From NCBI GenBank assembly GCA_951406725.2, contig OX597815.1, positions 178,808,001-178,872,000 of the forward strand: a stretch of 64,000 nucleotides of DNA, written 5' to 3'. Positions within the stretch are counted from its first letter, which is position 1; the number at the start of each line of letters is the position of its first letter. Of the stretch, positions 11,487 to 22,830 are shown piece after piece. The DNA comes from Octopus vulgaris (taxonomy: Eukaryota). The notes under the pieces were generated by a model, which saw nothing but the letters and a program-made list of their open reading frames with translations, did not search any database and was not told the origin of the DNA. The position numbers were made by a program, and so were the translations under genes.

Positions 11487-14250
11487 GGTATGGTATTAAA
11501 AGCTGTTAATGAAATTGGTGATGAGTATTTACAACAATGTAATGAACCCATATTCTGGCAGATTAACACCTGTCTATGTGCTCTGGTGACTACTGCAAAG
11601 CAGGACATGAATAATATTCAAAAGGTAAACAAGAGGTAAACAAAAGGTAAACAGTGGTGGTGCCCCAGCATGGCCGCGGCCTTCGGGCTAAAACATTTTT
11701 AAGGATTTACGGAAGACCGAAACAACAAAGAAAGTACCATCATGGGATTTGAAGACAGAGAAGAAGAAAACTGGTTTACGGAAGACCATAAGTCATGTAA
11801 TGATGCTTATTGCATGCAAACAAGCAAATCAATATAAGTCCCACCAACAGAAAGTAAAAAAGGAGATAGAAATGAGGTTTGGAGACAGCAAAAAGAGGAC
11901 ACTCACTTGCGAACTGATTACCCTCAAGCAGGAGTTAAAAGCTGTCAGTGAAAAACTCTGACATCAGAAGAGAATAACCAAGAGAAGAACAAAAAACAAA
12001 AAAATTAACTGCACCTAGACAGAAGTATACAGAGACATGAGAGGAAGAGCAGTAAAAATCACAGAAGCTCCTTCACGTGAAGACATAGACTCGTTCTGGA
12101 GGAAAATCTGGAGTGAAGAGAAAGAATTTAACCAAAATGTTCTGTGACTGGAAGAAATCTGAAGTTATTGCTCCTGCGTTACATCCAAGACATACAACAT
12201 TGATGGTGAAACTCTTGCAACAGTGATCCAGAAACTCCAGAATGGAAAAGCACCTGGAAGAGACTTGATTGTTGGATATTGGTACAAGAAGCTAACATTC
12301 TACCGATCATATCTTATCAATCTGTACCAGCAAGCTTTCATTGGGAACAGTAAGCATACCACACTGGTTAGCTCTGGTAGAGACAAAATTGATCCCCAAA
12401 TGCAGAACCACCCACATAGCAATAAACTACCGGCCAATTGCATGCCAGAACTTAATGCATAAAATATATACAGCATGTTTAAATCTCGCGCATTCTCTCC
12501 TGATGACCCCATACACTTGCTAGCTTCCGATATACGGAGCTTTTAACTGGTAGCACTTGCATGTGCAAGTTGTTTGCAAGATATCTTCCACCAAGACCAT
12601 TGTGAAACCAATAACATTATCACAGCAGCTGGGAAGAAGGGAGTCTTGGGATGTGCCAAGCAATTGTTAACAAAACTGTGATGTTGGGGGTGCGAGAGCA
12701 TAGGAGGAACCTGATTTCAATGTGGCTTGACTACAAGAAAGCCTTTGACTGTTTCCCCCACTCATGGATGCTAGAAGCCCTTCAACTTGCTAAAGTTCCA
12801 GTGAGAATAGTCAAAGCCATAGCTGATCTGACTTCATCGTGGGCCACCATCTTGAAATTAAACACAAAGTGTGACTGTATTATGACTGATAGAATACAAT
12901 ATCGCAAAGGCATATTCCAAGGAGACAGTCTCTCTGTGATGTTATTTATACTTTCTGTAAACCCTTTATCATTCCTGTTAAGGAAGTCTGAAGGATATCT
13001 CACTGGTTCACAAGGAAGCAGAACTATCCAAATTACACACTGTTTCTTTGTGGATGACTTGAAACTTTATGCAAAGAATATGTATGAGATGAAAAAGAAC
13101 CTTCACCTGGTTACAACATTCTCAAGGGATGTAGGGTTGGAGTTTGGTCAGGATAAATGCTGTTATATGGTTGTGAAATGGGGGAAAACTATAAACCAGA
13201 CTAGTAACATCTCCATTAATGATTTACTGTTTCTCCTGTATCTGACGAGGAATGTTACAGGTATCTAGGGGTGGATGAAAATATATCTTACAATGGCACC
13301 TGTAACAAAACACGTGACACTAAAGAATATTACAGCCTAATAAAGAAAATTTGGCCCTCAGAACTCTCTGCATTCAATAAAACAGTGGCCCACAATGTAT
13401 TTGCAGTGCCAGTACTCATAACAATATTTGGGCTGCTTGATTGGATGCTTGATGATATCCGAGCCATTGAGGTGAAAACCTGAAAAATACTAACAAGCTC
13501 ACATAATTTCCACATCAACAGTGACGTAGACTGCCTCTACCTAAAACGAAAACAAGGCAGTAGAGGCTTGACATCAATCCAAAATGCCTTTGAATGTTGC
13601 ATCATACCCCTTCGGCAACATCTTTTAAGCACCAAGTGTTGAAGTGCATCCCTTGACTAAGTTTGCATACATGAGGCTGATAACATCATAAGACTTGGAA
13701 GGCAGTTCCTTGAGCAACATTCCTTGTCTGATAACCTAGAATACATTCCCAAAGAAGTTGCACGACTCTACCACAACGTATCTTCAGATGAAAGGATGAG
13801 CCTATATGAGCAGAAGACTATGCATGAATATGTTACTAGAAAGTTCTGTAATGATAGTAACATTAATCATCAAAGCAGTTTATCATGGACGAATAGCTAC
13901 TTTGAAGGGTATACGTTTGCAATCCAGAAACAGGAAATATCAACCAAGTACCTGATGCAAAAAAGGGACAGAGATGCAGGTAAAGCTGTAAAGTATGACA
14001 ACCGATGCAGACTTTGTGGAGTTCACACTGAAGATATCACCCACATCATAAGCGATTGTCCAAAAGTGTCATCACGGTATTATCTACTGATGAGACATGA
14101 TGTTGTAACTAGGATGCTCTATAATGAAATCCGTCGGAAGGATAATCCTGAGAACAAAGAAATAAAACCCCACAATATGGTAGAAGCCATAGCCACTCCA
14201 TAATAAAAAGGAATACTGGTAGAATGTACCAGTGAAAACTTCAATAATAG
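11487..14250 (+). mobile_element. Decayed RLE-type non-LTR retrotransposon (R4/Dong-like): reverse transcriptase plus CCHC finger
   Basis: KAPG-D, YRPIAC, WLDYKKAFD-PHSW, GIFQGDSLS, FVDDLKLY, CRLC...HIISDC...RHDVV across frameshifted ORFs with stops; ends before the RLE PD motif. Confidence 0.88.
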
Positions 14251-15039
14251 TCTGGGTAGTTATTGAATTCTCACTAAAGAGAATCCATTATGTCAAGATA
14301 CCATTGTATTTTGAAAGATAGCCTCTTCATGCCAGACTACTGGGAAGTGGGGCCCCCCCAATATTTAGCAGGGGGAAGTGGGGGTAAGAGAAGTGCAATT
14401 ACTTGCCCCTCCCCATAAATCCACTCCTGGTCACAACTGAATCATTTCCAACATAGCACAAGGCCAGAAACACAGTGAAAGGGAGACAATCCATCAAACT
14501 GGACCTTAGCACCTGACTGTACTTTAGAAAGGATGAGAGGTAAAGTTGGCCATGCTAGGATGTTCTTCACCTAAATAATAGCAACAATGCAGTGTTACTT
14601 GATACAAGGCCACAAATTGGTTGAGTGGTGGTATTTTTTTAATGAAATCCATCTCAGTTATTTTATTTTTCATAGAATCATAAAAAAAAACTCAAGCGTA
14701 TGTGTTGGAACTAAAATTCAGAATGCAGAAATCTGAAATGGAATACTTTTAGGGTTTTCCACTGGTGCCCTCTTATTTGTCTCCCCAATATTTCTTTATT
14801 GTAAAGGCTGTGAGCTGGCAGAATCGTTAGCACACCAGACAAAATGCTTCATGGCATTTCTTACATTCTGAGTTCAAATTCTGCTGAGGTCAACTTTGCC
14901 TTCATCCTTTCAGGGTCAATAAAATAAGAACCAGTTAAGCAGTAGGGGATCAGTGTAATTGACTTAATCCCTCCCTCAAAACTACCGACCTTTTGTGTTT
15001 AGCCCCAGGTCTGCTCTAATGGAGCAAACCTGTTGCTCA

Positions 15040-15625
15040 TTCATCATCATCGTTTAACATCTGCTTTCCATGCTGGCATGGGTTGGATGGTTTGACTGAG
15101 GACTGGCAAGCCAGGAGGCTGCACCAGACTCCAATCTAATTTGGTAAGGTTTCTACAGCTGGATGTCCTTCCTAATGCCAACCACTCCAAAAGTGTTGCA
15201 GGTGATTTTTATGTGTCACCAACACACGTGCCAATCAGGCAGTACTGGCATCGACTATGACAATGACTTCACTTGACTCAACAGTTCTTCTCAAGCACAG
15301 TTTATTGCCCAATGATTAAGGGTACTCTTAAATAGGCTGGTTATGCAACACTGGCATAGACCACGGCTATGGTCTCACTTGGCTTGCCGGGTCTTCTCAA
15401 GCACAGCATATCTGTAAAGGTCTTGGTCGCTTGTCATTGCCTCTGTGAGGCCCACTGTTTGAAGGTCATGCTTCACCACCTCATCCCAGGTCTTCCTGAG
15501 TCTACCTCTTCCACAGGTTCCCTCCACTGTTAGGGTGTGACACTTTTTCACACAGCTCTCCTCATCCATACGCAACACATGACCATACCAGTGCAATCGT
15601 CTCTCTTGCACACCACACCTGATGT
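15040..15625 (-). mobile_element. 5'-truncated RTE LINE (ORF C-terminus plus 3' UTR)
   Basis: ERRLHWYGHV...GRGRLRKTWDEVV; (GAT)n tail. Confidence 0.9.
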
Positions 15626-17574
15626 TTCATCAACTTTTCAATCAAACAGTATTCTAACCATGACCACCCAGCTTGGTTTTAGTTATCTGTCTACATTGTC
15701 CATTATGTCTTCTCTTTTTGAGACTGCAGTATTTGATTTGAGGGTATATAGCTGTTATTTCTAGCATGTCAAGCAACCCCATACCAGCTTTCTAGTTAGT
15801 TTGTCTCATTCCAATAGCATGCTGCCTAAATACATCTGCTGTCAAAGACCAGGGGAATAAAAAGAAAAAGTCGTCCCGTAGCTGAAAAACAGGGAAGGAC
15901 ATCCTGTTGCAGACTTTTCTCCTGAATAAGTCTCCATCGAACTCACTACAGCAGAATAAAAATAGACGTGAAATATATGTACAAACGAATTGGTAATTGT
16001 GCCAAATACATTTGCAATCAGGAGATCTTTGATGTTTTCTACAAAATACTGATATGACATATTAAACAAAATTGAGCTGACAGAAATAAATTAATGCATT
16101 ACAAAAAAAAACAAAACAAAACAAAAAAAATCTTTTAACAGCAAAATTTATGTTTGTGTTGTTCAAATCTTTTCAAAGGAACTGATTTGGGTGAGAAAGT
16201 GCCAAGTCAATTATCATGTAGTTATCACTAGTTTTTTTAAAATTTTATATATATTTCGAAGTCATTTTATTTTTATTTATTGACAATAGGCGCAGGAGCG
16301 GCTGTGTGGTAAGTAGCTTGCTAACCAACCACATGGTTCCGGGTTCAGTCCCACTGCCTGGCATCTTGGGCAAGTGTCTTCTGCTATAGCCCCGGACCGA
16401 CCAATGCCTTGTGAGTGGATTTGGTAGACGGAAACTGAAAGAAACCTGTTGTATATATGTATATATATGTATGTGTATGTGTTTGTGTGTCTGTGTTTGG
16501 CCCCCTAACATTGCTTGACAACCGATGCTGGTGTGTTTACGTCCCCGTCACTTAGCGGTTCGGCAAAAGAGACCGATAGAATAAGTACTGGGCTTACAAA
16601 GAATAAGTCCCGGGGTCGATTTGCTCAACTAAAGGCGGTGCTCCAGCATGGCCGCAGTCAAATGACTGAAACATGTAAAAGAGTAAAGAGTAATAAATAC
16701 TGGTTTTGTTTCCAGATAAATGGATTTTTAAAAAAGGAATTCTTTACAAACACATTTTGAGAGGGTGCATTCTGATTATATCGGAGTTTATTGTGAAAAA
16801 AATTTCTGGTGTGTGTGTGGAGTTTCAAAACGATTCATACCAATCGACTTTGTTTCCTCCTAACTTTCAGACAATGGGTATTTTTTAAATGAAGTTCTCT
16901 ACACATATCTTTCAGAATGTTTAGATTCCGATTGTATCGGAATATGATGGTGATGATGATCATCATCATTTAATGTCCGTTTTCCATGCTAGCATGGGTT
17001 GGACGGTTCAACCAGCCCTTCCTAACGCCAACCACTCCGTGAGTGTAATGGGTGCTTTTTATGTGCCACCGGCACAGGTACCAGGGGAGGCTGGCAACGG
17101 CCACGATCGCTTGGTGCTTTTTGGCGCTGGCATTGGCCATGCATGGATGGTGCTTTTTTAGGTACCACCAGCATAGGTGCCAGGGTAAGCTGGCAATGGC
17201 CATGATCAGTTGGTGCTTTTTATGTGCCACCAGCATGGAAGCCAGTCAAGGTGGCACTGGCATCGGCCACGTACAGATGATGCTGATGAGTTCGCACATA
17301 TACATACTGACAACTCATAATTTTTGCTGTAATTTCAAGTTTCATTTAACTGATGTGTTATGTGTGCCAGTATGTATGTGCACGAGCACATCGATTTGCT
17401 TTTTTCACCTTAAATTCCGATATAATTGTAATCTACACACTCTGAAAGGTATTTGTAAAAAAATTCATACAAAAGTATAAATTTTTCTGAAACAAAGGAA
17501 ACAGAGTCGATTTGAGTGAATTTCTAGAAACAGTTGTTCCCAGCCATGGAAAAAATTTATTTTCATAACAAATT

Positions 17575-18400
17575 CCGATTCGATTCCACAGGCCTCTATG
17601 GTCTTTCTTGCCACCTGAATGATGGTTGCTTCGCGCATCATATGGAGTTGAACCTGATACTCAAGAGGATCTTGGCCCGGGCAAAACATCTCTTCCATCT
17701 TGGGACCATCTGGATTGTCCAGATGTGATGGGAAAAGACCTGACGGCCTCACCCTGTGCCCCTGGTCATGAGGTAGATGGCTTGTTTGGGATGTCACAGT
17801 TAGCGACTTCTTTGCTTCTTCTCACATCCTGGATGCTGCGGTCAGGGCAAGACCCACAGCTTCTGTGGCCGAGCAGAACAAAATCCCGAAATACCTATTT
17901 CTTTACTACCCACAAGGGGCTAAACACAGAAGAGACAAACAAGGACAGACAAAAGGATTAAGTCGATTACATCGACCCCAGTGCGTAACTGGTACTTAAT
18001 TTATCGACCCCGAAAGGATGAAAGGCAAAGTTGACCTCGGCAGAATTTGAACTCAGAATGTAATGGCAGACGAAATACTGCTAAGCATTTCGCCCGGCGT
18101 GTTAACGATTCTGCCAGCTCTCCGCCTTATAAATCCCGAAAATACCGCAATCTATTGGCCAACTACATTTTCCATTCTGTGGCATTTGAGACGTTTGGTG
18201 GGGTTGGACCATTAACTGCAAGGTTCCTGTCTTCACTGAGAACTCGCCTAACAGAGGTAACTGGTGAGGCTGGTGAGGGTGCTTGGCTATTCCAGTGCAT
18301 CAACCTCGCCATCACCCATGGCAACGCTGCAAGCGTGCTGGCGTGCCTCAATAGCCAGTAGAGAGGTTTCCCAGTGTCCCCAACTTTTCAACTTAAGGTG
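17575..18400 (+). mobile_element. CRE-like non-LTR retrotransposon C-terminal restriction-like endonuclease fragment, interrupted by a SINE B copy
   Basis: Across frames: H-ELN-ILKR, DGKRPDGLTL-PW, LVWDVTV, AEQNK, AFETFGGVGP, WLFQ-I-LAI-GNAASVL. The SINE is flanked by an AAATCCCGAA(A)ATACC duplication. Confidence 0.78.
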
Positions 18401-18467
18401 GTGAATTTTTTCCTCCCCTTTCTTTTTTTGTTTTTAAGTTTTGTTTCCAATTGTGTCTTCTGTTTTG

Positions 18468-18622
18468 GGCGATCTTTCGGTACAAGTACCATAACTGCCT
18501 AACCCTAACCCTAACCCCTCATATATTAAAAAAAACATTACGGAAAATGACGATCTTCAAATGTAAACAAACAGTAATTAGCAGTTGTGGTACTTGTACC
18601 GAAAGATCGCCTATTTTTAGGC
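18468..18622. mobile_element. Small inverted-repeat element with internal (CCCTAA)n and a terminal hairpin
   Basis: 31-bp IR ggcgatctttcggtacaagtacca-aactgc (18468-18498 / 18581-18611); hairpin cgccta-tttt-taggcg at the right end. Confidence 0.7.
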
Positions 18623-18749
18623 GTGATCAGACACGCGCACGTTGTCTCTCTCTCTCACACACATATATCTGAGAGGATGTATAATGTTTGTTTTAATTAT
18701 TACAGTTGCTTTAAAATACATGAAAAATGATTCCTTCATATGATGACTG

Positions 18750-19078
18750 GGTACTACTTAAGAAGAGTGGTCCCGGTGCGCGCACTCGCGCATCCGCGCA
18801 CTCGCGCATCCGCGCTAGCTAGTCGTGACTAGTCGATCCTGCAACGACTACCTAGCAAAGTAAATAAAATACAAAATAAATAATTTTTTTACACAAAATA
18901 AATAATATTTGGATCTTTTCCTTTTGAACGGCACTTTGTAACATAATTTCTAGGTAACTAAAGAGTTTTAAACAAAGTAAATAAAACACAACGTAAGGAT
19001 CGACTAGTCACGACTAGCTAGCGCGGATGCGTGACTACGCGAGTGCGCGCACCGGGACCACTCTTCATAAATAGTACC
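18750..19078. mobile_element. Mutator (MULE)-type MITE in the SPOUT1 promoter region
   Basis: 9-bp TSD TGATGACTG (18741-18749, 19079-19087); ~85-bp CpG-rich TIRs with GG...CC termini. Confidence 0.85.
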
Positions 19079-19214
19079 TGATGACTGTACATTATTAAAT
19101 TTGTTTATATCTTTTCCAGCGTGTATATCCGATGCCGTTCTTAAGATAAACATAATTAAACCGGAATTTATTTTGAAAGGGTCTAGTCTTCCAGTTGCAC
19201 CGGTTGCGGCAAGT

Positions 19215-19313
19215 ATGAATTCTTCGTCTTCGGCTAAAATTAATTCGAAAACTAAACGAAAACGTTCCAGAGAGAATATAAAGCAATCAGAACCGTACAT
19301 AAATATGCGTAAG
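19215..19313 (+). CDS. SPOUT1: SPOUT1 exon 1 (MNSSSSAK...YINMRK)
   Basis: ATG at 19215, 33 basic codons, AAG|gtgagg donor, phase 0; CpG-containing context. The N-terminus is poorly conserved, so the assignment rests on phase and overall protein length. Confidence 0.75.
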
Positions 19314-22300
19314 GTGAGGTTCAAACGAAAGTGTTTATATTAAGATGTTATTAACGACAATGATATATCCTAAGCATTATTTTAGGTTTCGGGAAAACAC
19401 GTGTTCCAATTAAGTTATTTATTTTATTCCCTCTTTGCAAAACATTGGTAAAAACCTCTCTTTTATGGGACAAATGTTTTCCAAATGTCTCGGCCCTTTC
19501 TCCTTCCCAGTCATACCTTTGCAGTATGTACCCCAACTAAGATTTTGTAATCGTTTCCCTTATTTTCCCTCATTCTATAGTATTCTACAGAGTGTCCACA
19601 AAGTTTGGGTACATGGAGTAAATAAAATCATAACATAAACAATTAAATATAAGAAATAATAATTTCTTAAAGTATTTGTTAATCCTCATGTACCCAGACT
19701 TTGTGGACACCCTGTACAAGCATACCCACACACCCCTCCAACTTTGTTTCCTCATAACATTCAGAAAAACGAATATCTTTAATGAGATATATAACAAATA
19801 TGCTTCAGATGGTATAAACCCCGATTATGTCGGAATTTGTTGCTGGTAAAGTTTTTCTGACGGGTGGAGAGAAAAGTTTCGTAAAATTCACACGAATCAT
19901 TTTTGTTTCCTCATAACTTTCAGAAAAATTGATGTTTTTGGTTAATGTTTACATCTTCTGTTAAACCATATTAGTTTTTTTCGTTAAATTTTCCACAAAA
20001 TATCTTTCAGACTGTAGATTGCGATTATATCGGAATTTGATACATATTGACACATGGCAATTTTTTTTCGAAATATCCAGTTTCACTTTGTGCATTACGT
20101 GTCAGTATGCATTTGCGCAAACCCGCCAATTCTTTTTATCTTAAATTCCGATATAATCCTAATCCACACAATCAGAAAAGTATTTTGTAGAGGAACATTT
20201 TATAGCAAAATCCCCATTTTCGGACAGTTATGAGAAAACAAAGCTTATGAATTTCCCGAAATACTTCTCTCTTTCTACGGAAAAGTTTTCCACCACAAAT
20301 TCTGGTATAATCGGAATCTACACCATCTGAATCGTATTTGTAGAACATGTTATGAAAAGAAATTTTCATTTTTCTGGACGTTATGAGGAAACAAAGTGAA
20401 GGAGGCACAATTATGGAAGTATACCGATTCCACATTCTGAAACGTTTGTAATTCATTTAAAGAAAACTGCCCTCTCCACGTTTATCATACTTTTCGCGAT
20501 TATAATAAACGTTTTTTTTTTTTTTGTTTTCGTTATTTTGTAGTATTCCATATTCTGGAAACACTTTCGGAATGACTGTGACAGCTCTTCTGAAAGTCTA
20601 CACTCGATTGTATGTGTCAGTTAACATGCTAGAAATAATGTGTATATCTCACATATGTACACATTTAGATACATACAAAAATGCCTGTTAGAAAATTACT
20701 ATTTTTAAATCTCACACCGTGAGATATTCAGCAACAGTATTTTGGAGTAAAGATTATTAACCAACATAACATGGCACTCCTGGTTTAGGACGAATGTTGC
20801 TGTAATTTAGCCCCAGGAGACATTGTCTCCAGCTGGTTATACGACATGGTCTGTGTCGTTATATTTTCGAACAAGGGAATCTAGCAACCCCACTCAGCTC
20901 AAAACCAACACTCAGCGATACACAGTTATTGTTTTGAGTTGAGTGGGGGGTACTAGATTCCCTTGTCTGAAAATATAAGGACACAGATCGTGTCGTATAG
21001 CCAGCTGGAGACGATGTCTCCTGGGGCTAAATTACAGCAACATTCGTCCTAAACCAGGACTGCCATGTTATGTTGGCAAACAGTCTTTACTACAAAAATG
21101 CCTGTGTTACACATTCTGCTGTTGTTGTTAGTTACGTGTGAATATGTGGGATGGCTAATCATTATTTCCCATCTGTTCTAGCTGGCGATTCTTGACTGCC
21201 CAGCTCTTGGGAAGATCCGGATTCTCGGGAAGTGGCACCAAATCCTAAGGAAGGGGAGAGAACTCTTAAGATAATGAGAACGAGAGCAACAACACCGTCT
21301 TGATTGAATTCCAAGCAAAAATTATACACGGGTGAAATAAACAGGTGTGGCCATGTGGTTAGAAGTTTGCTTCCCAATCTCATGGTTCCATGTTCAGTCC
21401 CACTGCATGGTACCTTGGGCGAGTGTCTTCTGTTATAACCTTGGGCCAACCAAAGCCTTGTAAGTGGATTTGGTGAATGGAAAGCGAAAGAAGCTTGTCG
21501 TACATATATATGTACATGTCTGTGTCTGTCTCTCCACCACCACCGCTCGACAACCGGTGTTGGTGTGTTTACGTCCCTGTAACCTAGCGGTTCAGCAAAA
21601 AACACTGGTAGAATAATTAACTGGCTTTAAAAATAACATGTAAGTACTGGGGACGATTTGTTTGACTAAAACTCTTTGAGGCAGTGCCCCAGCATGGCCA
21701 CAGTCTAATGATTGAAACAAGCAAAAGACAAAAGATATCAGAGCTGCTTTGCTCCATGCAGAAACAAGTCTTAAACACACAGCTATCTTTTGAAAGAAAT
21801 TTGATAGAATTTTACTAAAAGTGAAGATTTAGCAGCAGGATGAGGGAACTTCTTGCCAGATCAGGCTGGAGCTTGGTGCAGCCTTCTGGCTTTCCAGACC
21901 TCAGTCAAACCGTCCAACCCATGCCAGCATGGAAAACGGACGTTAAATGATAATGATGGTACTGCAGTGAATAGCCTTTACAGGTTCAAATATCTCACAC
22001 ATATTTGAACTGGTCTTAAGTTTGTGTGTGTGCATCTGATCATCACATTTGCTTCCCATGCAGGCATGGGTTGGACAGTTTGACCAGAGCTGACAAACTG
22101 AAGATCTGCACCAAGCGTCAAGTGTCTGCTTCAGTACAGTTTCTGCCATTGGATGCTCTTCTTAACACCAACCGCTCTACAGCAGAATGTATTGGCTGCT
22201 TTTTTGCATGGCACCAGAACCGGTGTATCTATGTATGTGTTTGTATATATGTATATATACATATACATACATATATATTTATATATTTCCATGAGATTTA

Positions 22301-22790
22301 GAGGTTGGGAAGCCAACCAACTAAGGGATAGTACCTATCCAATATACTGCTGGTCATGTACCCAGTTATTCATTCCCTAGTGTTGTCTTGCAAACAACTT
22401 GCACATGCAAGTGCTACCAGTCAAAAACTCCGCATACCGGAAGCCAGCAAGTGTATGGGGTCATCAGGAGAGAATGCGCGCTGTTTCGGGGCCTACCTCT
22501 CGACGGCATCAATGCACCTCCCCCTCTCACTGATATGAGGCCCCGCTTGCTAGATCAGCTGGTTATCAAATAAAGCTCAATATTCTTCTAGCCATCGCTC
22601 ATCGTCTCTTATTGTGTGGCAATCTCGCAATTGAGTGTTGTATATGGGTGGGGGTAAAAAGTGGTTTATCCTTAATTTATATGCCAAATAAGAAAATGGA
22701 GGGGATACAAAAATGACATGCATCAGCCAGTAGACATTCTAGTATGTCTACTGGCTGATGTAGTTTTTGTATCCTCTCCATTTTCTTATT

Positions 22791-22830
<40 letters not shown>

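Noticed and set aside
19004-19324. 106-aa minus-strand ORF over the SPOUT1 start
   Set aside because: Antisense shadow of exon 1 running into the MITE TIR; no homology.
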